Assembly: GCA_963727525.1 (NCBI GenBank)
Contig: CAVSGO010000007.1
Location: 544,001 to 608,000, forward strand
Reading direction: 5' to 3'
Length of the DNA: 64,000 nucleotides
Source: an uncultured bacterium
GTDB taxonomy: Bacteria; Krumholzibacteriota; Krumholzibacteriia; LZORAL124-64-63
A model generated the notes under the pieces. The model searched no databases. It was not told where the DNA came from and worked only from the letters and a program-made list of their open reading frames with translations. Positions 58,717 to 64,000 of the stretch are shown here, one piece after another. Each line of letters starts with the position of its first letter. The first letter of the stretch is position 1. A program made the translations under genes and the position numbers.

Positions 58717-59823
58717 CTACTTCGCCGTGAGGACGATCGTCGCCATCGTCGAATCGTCGGCGGCGTTGCTCTCGCACGGGTACGTGAGCATGCGCGATCC
58801 GAAGCGATAGGTGCTGCCCTGGTAACCGAGATCGATGTAGAACGTCACGTCGGCTGTTGCCGTCGAGCCGGCGGGCACCGTGCCGACCGACCAGAACCAG
58901 CGGCGATTGTCGTTATCGAAGGTCAGAGCGCCTTGGGTGGTCTCGGAACTGTCGAAAGAAATCCGATTGTATGCGGGGAAGAAGCCGCGCACCTTCACGC
59001 CGAACCCATCGTCGGGGCCGGTGCAGGCGACCGTTACCGAATAGGTCGCGGTAAAGGGGATCTCGCCTGCCGATATCTGGAACGTATCGTTCTGGACCCC
59101 TTCCATGTGCCAGTCCGACGTCGTGTTCAGGCTCGTGCCCTGGGACGGCAGCACCGTGAGCGGGATGTCGAGCTCGCGCGTGATCGACAGGCCCGGATCC
59201 TCCAGCGAGAGGTGGACGACCTGATCGCCCACCACCGCGGGCGGAAACGCGAACACGGGCCGGGCGCCGGTGAGCACGGTGTTGGCCGGATCGTTCATCG
59301 TCCAGTGGTAGAGGAAACGATCGTAGAAACCGTTCACCGGATCGAAGTCGCACGTGGACGCGCGGATCGCGAAGGTGATCGGTTGGCAGGCGTGGGCCGT
59401 GGTCGCGGGCGTGTTCTCGACGAGCATGTAGGGTGTGATTTCCAGCAAGTCGGCCAGGACAAAGACGGAATCGATGCGGCTCGCGGTCTCGCCGTTGTCG
59501 TCCTCGACGGTGACCCGGACGTAGTAGGTGTCGGGCGCGGCATACGTGTGGTACGCGACGGAAGCGCCGTCGCTCACCACCTGTCCATCACCGAAATCCC
59601 AGCTGACCTTCAGGAAACTGTTGCCACCGGTCGGGTCGCTCAGGCGCTGTCCACCGCTCGCATCGGCGCGCATCGAGACCATCAGCGGTGCGGGGCCGCA
59701 CGCCGGGTTCACTGTGAGCCGGGAGATGTATGGCTTCGAGTCCCCGTTGCTGTTGCAGCCGAACATGGCCAGGGCGACCAGCGTGGTCACGAAGAGGAAC
59801 ACCACGGGCTTCATCATGCGCAT
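58717..59823 (-). CDS. lipoprotein with PKD domain(s) and DUF11-like C-terminal domain
   Basis: LAMFGC lipobox-like; WDFGDG...HTY..P.TY.V.VTVED; C-terminal CTGPDD...W.VGTV..G. Confidence 0.78.
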   Translation of the reverse strand: MRMMKPVVFLFVTTLVALAMFGCNSNGDSKPYISRLTVNPACGPAPLMVSMRADASGGQRLSDPTGGNSFLKVSWDFGDGQVVSDGASVAYHTYAAPDTYYVRVTVEDDNGETASRIDSVFVLADLLEITPYMLVENTPATTAHACQPITFAIRASTCDFDPVNGFYDRFLYHWTMNDPANTVLTGARPVFAFPPAVVGDQVVHLSLEDPGLSITRELDIPLTVLPSQGTSLNTTSDWHMEGVQNDTFQISAGEIPFTATYSVTVACTGPDDGFGVKVRGFFPAYNRISFDSSETTQGALTFDNDNRRWFWSVGTVPAGSTATADVTFYIDLGYQGSTYRFGSRMLTYPCESNAADDSTMATIVLTAK

Positions 59824-59826
59824 TGT

Positions 59827-59972
59827 TGGCTCCACCTCATGGTCGGCTCCACTGCATCGCCGGCTCCATTGCATCGCCGGCTCCATTGCATCGCCGGCTC
59901 CATTGCATCGTCGGCTCCGCGGCATCGTCGGCTCCGCGGCATCGTCGGCTCCATTGGGCCATCGGCTCCATC
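59827..59972. repeat. 17-bp tandem repeat, ~8.5 copies
   Basis: unit CGGCTCCATTGCATCGC with variants at 59827, 59844, 59861, 59878, 59895, 59912, 59929, 59946, 59963. Confidence 0.92.
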
Positions 59973-60115
59973 TGGAGGTTGGGCGCCAAGGAGGCCGGTT
60001 GCCCCGGGGATCGGATCCCGCGCGGCTGGATCAATGTACAAAGCTAGGTGGACCGGGGCAAGGAGTCCAGGGAAAAGCCCGCTATGGAGTTAGCGCGTTG
60101 GAGGGCGCCCCGGCG

Positions 60116-61189
60116 CTAGCGCTGGGCGCGCCAGAAGAGAATCCAGGTGCCGAGGGCGTAGATCGCGTTTCCCGCCCAGCCGGCCACGATCGGCGGCAGG
60201 ACCTCGCTGTGGCCGAGGGCACGGCCGAAGTTCATCAGGATGTAGTAGCCGAATCCGACCAGGACGGTCCAGCCGAATCCCGACGCGATCGACGCCTTGC
60301 GCGGAGCGGAGGCCAGGATCACGCCGAGGAACACCACGATGAGATTCACGAAGGGGAAGGCCAGCTTGAACTGGACATCCACGTCGAGCCGGACGGGGTC
60401 GCCGCCGGTCTGGGACACGAGGTCGCGTTGTCGCAGGAGTTGACGGATGTTCATGTTTTCCGGTCGTACCTGCTCGTGGTAGAGGCCGTCGGGCGTGATC
60501 TCCAGGTCGCGGGCGTTCAGCGTCTCGAAGTGGGTGGCCTCCTCGCGATCGCCGCGAAAGATCCGTCGTGTCGCGTCGTGCAGCACCCAGTGCTGCCCGT
60601 CCCACTGCGCGCGGGAGGCGTCGAGGCGCTCCCGCACCACGGCATCCTGGAGTCCCACGACCTTGAACCCCGTGGCGACCTGCGTGTTCGGGTCGTACTT
60701 CCTTGCGTAGTAGATGCGACCGTCCGGGCCGGTGGCCGCGATCTGGCGCGTGGGGCGCAGCGTGTCGGGGCGTTTGTGGATCTCCACTTCCCACACGTGC
60801 CACATGCGTTCGTTGGTAGCCGGGAGCACGAATTCCTCGAAGGCCATCGCTGCGAGGGCGAAGAGGAGCCCGGTCACGAGGATGGGGCGGGTGATGGTCA
60901 TCAGGCTCAGGCCGCAGGCGTAGAGGGCCGTCAATTCCAGGTACCGCGCCATGCTGCCGATCGTGAATATCGTGCCCAGCAGGAGGGCGATGGGCAGCAC
61001 GGTATCGACGATGTAGGCTCCGCGGTACAGATAGTAGCGTACGACCTCGCCGATCGTGGCCTGGTTGTCGAGCAGGCTGCCGAGGTGGTCGAAGAGGTCG
61101 ACGAGCGTGAACAGTACCAGCGCGCCGACAATGGTGTACCCGAGGTTGCGCAGGAACGTCCCCAGGACGAGGCGCTGATAGAGCTTCAT
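60116..61189 (-). CDS. lptG: LPS export permease LptG
   Basis: LPIALLLG, ELTALYACGLS, KLAFPF, LPPIVAGW; paired with lptF. Confidence 0.88.
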   Translation of the reverse strand: MKLYQRLVLGTFLRNLGYTIVGALVLFTLVDLFDHLGSLLDNQATIGEVVRYYLYRGAYIVDTVLPIALLLGTIFTIGSMARYLELTALYACGLSLMTITRPILVTGLLFALAAMAFEEFVLPATNERMWHVWEVEIHKRPDTLRPTRQIAATGPDGRIYYARKYDPNTQVATGFKVVGLQDAVVRERLDASRAQWDGQHWVLHDATRRIFRGDREEATHFETLNARDLEITPDGLYHEQVRPENMNIRQLLRQRDLVSQTGGDPVRLDVDVQFKLAFPFVNLIVVFLGVILASAPRKASIASGFGWTVLVGFGYYILMNFGRALGHSEVLPPIVAGWAGNAIYALGTWILFWRAQR

Positions 61190-62571
61190 GAGTGGCGGTG
61201 CCCTGCCGGGGTGAGCCGGCGTGGCCAGGTGATGCGCACGAACGTCGTCTCGCGCACCGCCCGCAGGAACAGGGGGATGCCCAGCGTGGTCAGGATGATG
61301 TTGCCCATCCACATGGCGAGGGCCGGATCGAGGAGGCCGCGGTCGGAGAGCTTCTCGCCGCCGGCGATGCACAGATAGTAGAGCAGGAAGACCGCGAGAG
61401 CCAGGGTGATCGAGACGCCTCGACCGCTGCGGCTCGTGGTGACCGCCATGGGGATGCCCAGCAGCGTGAAGACGAGGCAGGCGAAGGGGATCGCCAGCTT
61501 CTTGTGGTACTCCACCAGGAATTTGTTCGCCTTGCGCACGTAGCTCTGGCGGATCTTCGCCTGGGCGCCGGCCTGACTGGCGGCCTGCTCCACCTTGCGG
61601 CGGGTCGCGACGAGGAGGGGGACGCGCTGATTCACGGACATGGGGCTGGCGTGGCGCAGTCGATCGCGCGTGGGCTCATCGAGCAGATTCCACTGGTGGT
61701 CGACGAGGGTGGCCTGCACGGCGTTGACCTGGGCGGCCGATTCGCCCTCGTGGCTGCGCTCCTCGTGGGCGGCCGCCAGGAGGGCCGAGAGGTTCATCTC
61801 GCGATCGCTGCGGGACTGTCGCTTCGAATTCTGGATGTCCCGCTTCATGTCCGGCAGGTAGATGGCGTGGCGCTTGAAGCGGATAACCTGGTACTTGTCG
61901 GGGCGCTGTGCGTCAGGCATCTCGTGGATCTCGCCGTCATGGAGCTCGAGCATCATACCGTCGGATCGGGGGTCGGTCGTGATCTGGCCCCATTCGGCCG
62001 TGGTCAGACGCGGCGAGATGTCGCCCGGCTTCTCCTTCTCGACCAGGGTGACGTCGTAGATGCGACCCGTGAGGTCGTCCTTGCGCTTGACGAAGATCGT
62101 GAGGTTGTCGTTGAGATCGGTGAACATCTGCTCCCGCACTTCGAGCATGGGGCGCGAACGCTTGATGTCATAGAGCAGGTTGGCCAGCGTGTGGTTCGAC
62201 TCGGGGTACACGAAGTGGTTGAACGCCAGGAGGCCACCGCCAATGATCACGGCCAGCAGGAGCAGGGGGCGTAGCACCGCGTACAGGCTGATGCCGCTGG
62301 CCTTCATCGCCGTGATCTCGTTATCGCCCGCGAGCTGGCCGACACTCATGAGCACCGCAATCAGGACGGACATTGGAACAGATAATGCAAGTGTATAGCC
62401 CAGACTCAGTATCATCACCCGCGTTGCGATCCAGAACGGTACACCCTTGCTGACGAAGAGATCCATGTACTGGAACAGGGCATTGATGGTCATCAGGAAG
62501 GTGATCGTGAATAGGCCGAAGAAGAACGGCCCGGTGGCGGTGCGGATGATGTGCTGGTTCAAGAGGCGCAT
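61186..62571 (-). CDS. lptF: LPS export permease LptF
   Basis: NEITAMKASGIS, EYHKKLAIPFAC, AMWMGN. Confidence 0.88.
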   Translation of the reverse strand: MRLLNQHIIRTATGPFFFGLFTITFLMTINALFQYMDLFVSKGVPFWIATRVMILSLGYTLALSVPMSVLIAVLMSVGQLAGDNEITAMKASGISLYAVLRPLLLLAVIIGGGLLAFNHFVYPESNHTLANLLYDIKRSRPMLEVREQMFTDLNDNLTIFVKRKDDLTGRIYDVTLVEKEKPGDISPRLTTAEWGQITTDPRSDGMMLELHDGEIHEMPDAQRPDKYQVIRFKRHAIYLPDMKRDIQNSKRQSRSDREMNLSALLAAAHEERSHEGESAAQVNAVQATLVDHQWNLLDEPTRDRLRHASPMSVNQRVPLLVATRRKVEQAASQAGAQAKIRQSYVRKANKFLVEYHKKLAIPFACLVFTLLGIPMAVTTSRSGRGVSITLALAVFLLYYLCIAGGEKLSDRGLLDPALAMWMGNIILTTLGIPLFLRAVRETTFVRITWPRRLTPAGHRHS

Positions 62572-62745
62572 GAACGATTCCCGTCTGGAGAACCCGGCGT
62601 CGACCGGCTAGAGTCAGGCCCCTCGGACCAGACGCGGCATGGATCGGTGGCGACCTGTCCCGGAGGCAGGCCGACCACTTTCGTGGACGCAGGTGGGGCC
62701 ACCCGAACGGCTTCAGTGTAGCGGATCGTCAAGGAGTGTCGAGGG

Positions 62746-64000
62746 TTGAGCAAGCGCCCGCAGACTCCCCAGCAGAGGCGGCGCCCCGGACCGGTGCGTC
62801 CGGGATGCATGCCGGGGCCGGGTGGCTTGCCGGGGCGGTCTGCCGACAAGGCGCTCGTGGTCATGGTGCTCGTGGTCATGGTGCTCCTGGTCACGTCCGT
62901 CCTTGGCGTGCGGCCGGCGCAGGCTGATCCCGACTATCCGGGGCCGTTGTTATATGGGCTGGATCCCGTGATCCGGACCACCGAGGATCCCCGGCTCCTC
63001 GGCGTGGCCCGCCTGGTGCTACGCCAGCGCCTGCTGGCCCAGGGCATCGATCCGGTGACCGACGGCACCCGCCCCACCCTGGAGTCGACCATCCGCCAGC
63101 GATTGCTGAAGAAGTCGGGGGTCGACCTGAAGCGCCGCGTGGAGCTCGTCGAGGCCAACGGTTTCCAGGGGTTGCTGACGCGCTTCCAGTACCCCGAATA
63201 CTTCTTCCTGTTCCAGTCGCCCGAGCCGTTGCCCGGCGGATTCACCTACACGCCGCCGCGGCCGGTGGACGCGCCGGAGGTTTCGCTCTTCGTCGACGAC
63301 CTCGATCTTGCCTTGACGCGCGAGTACGCTGTCCAGGAGGTCATGACACGCGCCTCGGACCTCTCGGTGACGGGCGGTGGGCGGACGGCGGACCAGGGCG
63401 AGGGGCTGATCAACCTGACCATTCCGGTCAAGTTGCCGCACACGCTGGAGCAGATCATCGGGCGCGGCGAGAAGACCCACATCAAGATCTCCGGCCGTGA
63501 GCACATTGCCATCAGCGGCCAGAGCACGATCAGCAACCAGTTCACGCCGAACGAGCGCGTCCAGAGCCAGTCGCTCTTTCCGGATCTGAACATGGAGCAG
63601 CAGCTCGAGGTTCACCTCTCGGGCCAGATCGGCGAGAAGATCATCATCGAGGTCGACCACAACTCCGAGGTGATCGGGCCCGACGGCACCAAGATCCGCC
63701 TCAGTTATCGCGGCGACGAGGACGAGATCATCCAGTCCATCGAAACCGGCGACGTGGGCCTCACCCTGCCTGGCAGCCAGCTCCTGGGCTACAGCTCCAA
63801 CAAGACCGGCCTGTTCGGCGTGAAGGTGACGGGCCAGCTCGGCGCCGCCGACTTCACGGTGGTGGCCTCCAAGCAGAAGGCCGAGTCGGCGAGCAAGAGC
63901 TTCAACAGCAAAGGCGGCGAGGTCAGCGACCACATCATCCAGTCGTCCGACTACCTCAACAACCGCTTCTTCCGCCTCGATCTTCCCTACATCGAGGACG
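62746..64000 (+). CDS. sprA: SprA-like type IX secretion translocon, 5' part (runs off window)
   Basis: frame 1 open from TTG 62746 (AAGGAG RBS); signal peptide; MEQQLEVHLSGQIGEK, IRLSYRGDEDEIIQSIETG, GLFGVK, VVASKQK; absent from the ORF track because there is no stop in the window. Confidence 0.85.
   Translation, partial: MSKRPQTPQQRRRPGPVRPGCMPGPGGLPGRSADKALVVMVLVVMVLLVTSVLGVRPAQADPDYPGPLLYGLDPVIRTTEDPRLLGVARLVLRQRLLAQGIDPVTDGTRPTLESTIRQRLLKKSGVDLKRRVELVEANGFQGLLTRFQYPEYFFLFQSPEPLPGGFTYTPPRPVDAPEVSLFVDDLDLALTREYAVQEVMTRASDLSVTGGGRTADQGEGLINLTIPVKLPHTLEQIIGRGEKTHIKISGREHIAISGQSTISNQFTPNERVQSQSLFPDLNMEQQLEVHLSGQIGEKIIIEVDHNSEVIGPDGTKIRLSYRGDEDEIIQSIETGDVGLTLPGSQLLGYSSNKTGLFGVKVTGQLGAADFTVVASKQKAESASKSFNSKGGEVSDHIIQSSDYLNNRFFRLDLPYIED

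Noticed and set aside
59824-59925. N-terminal extension of the PKD lipoprotein in the ORF track
   Set aside because: It is translated tandem repeat; the signal peptide begins at 59823.
59827-59972. Possible CRISPR array
   Set aside because: Units are contiguous 17-mers with no unique spacers, and no cas genes are present.

Overview
High-GC bacterial chromosome segment, almost entirely housekeeping. It carries ppdK, purine genes (purD, purE, purM, purN), tsaC-ywlE-rpiB-glyA-nrdR-tatC, argS, lnt, nfnAB, folE, menA, trxB, rplU-rpmA, a KDO/lipid A/Lpt cluster, rpoN-hpf-hprK with a complete mannose-family PTS, metK, lptFG and the 5' end of sprA. LPS genes, SprA and FlgD-Ig-type C-terminal sorting domains suggest a diderm FCB-superphylum lineage (inference). 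No tRNA, rRNA, CRISPR array or transposase was seen. The best candidate for an undescribed system is at 22.8-25.4 kb: a possible sigma-54 promoter, a conserved-looking hypothetical protein, an unannotated 14-aa Trp-rich peptide (MIEWVLDMLTKWEW) inside a ~183-nt rod-like RNA fold that hides its own Shine-Dalgarno, and a multi-TM HD-GYP phosphodiesterase. This is read as a putative peptide-sensing cyclic-dinucleotide module. Also notable: a 17-bp tandem repeat in which the units carry SD+ATG cassettes upstream of a lipoprotein gene, several sigma-54 motifs (one upstream of the operon containing rpoN), a probable frameshift at ~9375, and a non-canonical HIGH motif in ArgS. All calls come from reading motifs by eye; no database searches were run.
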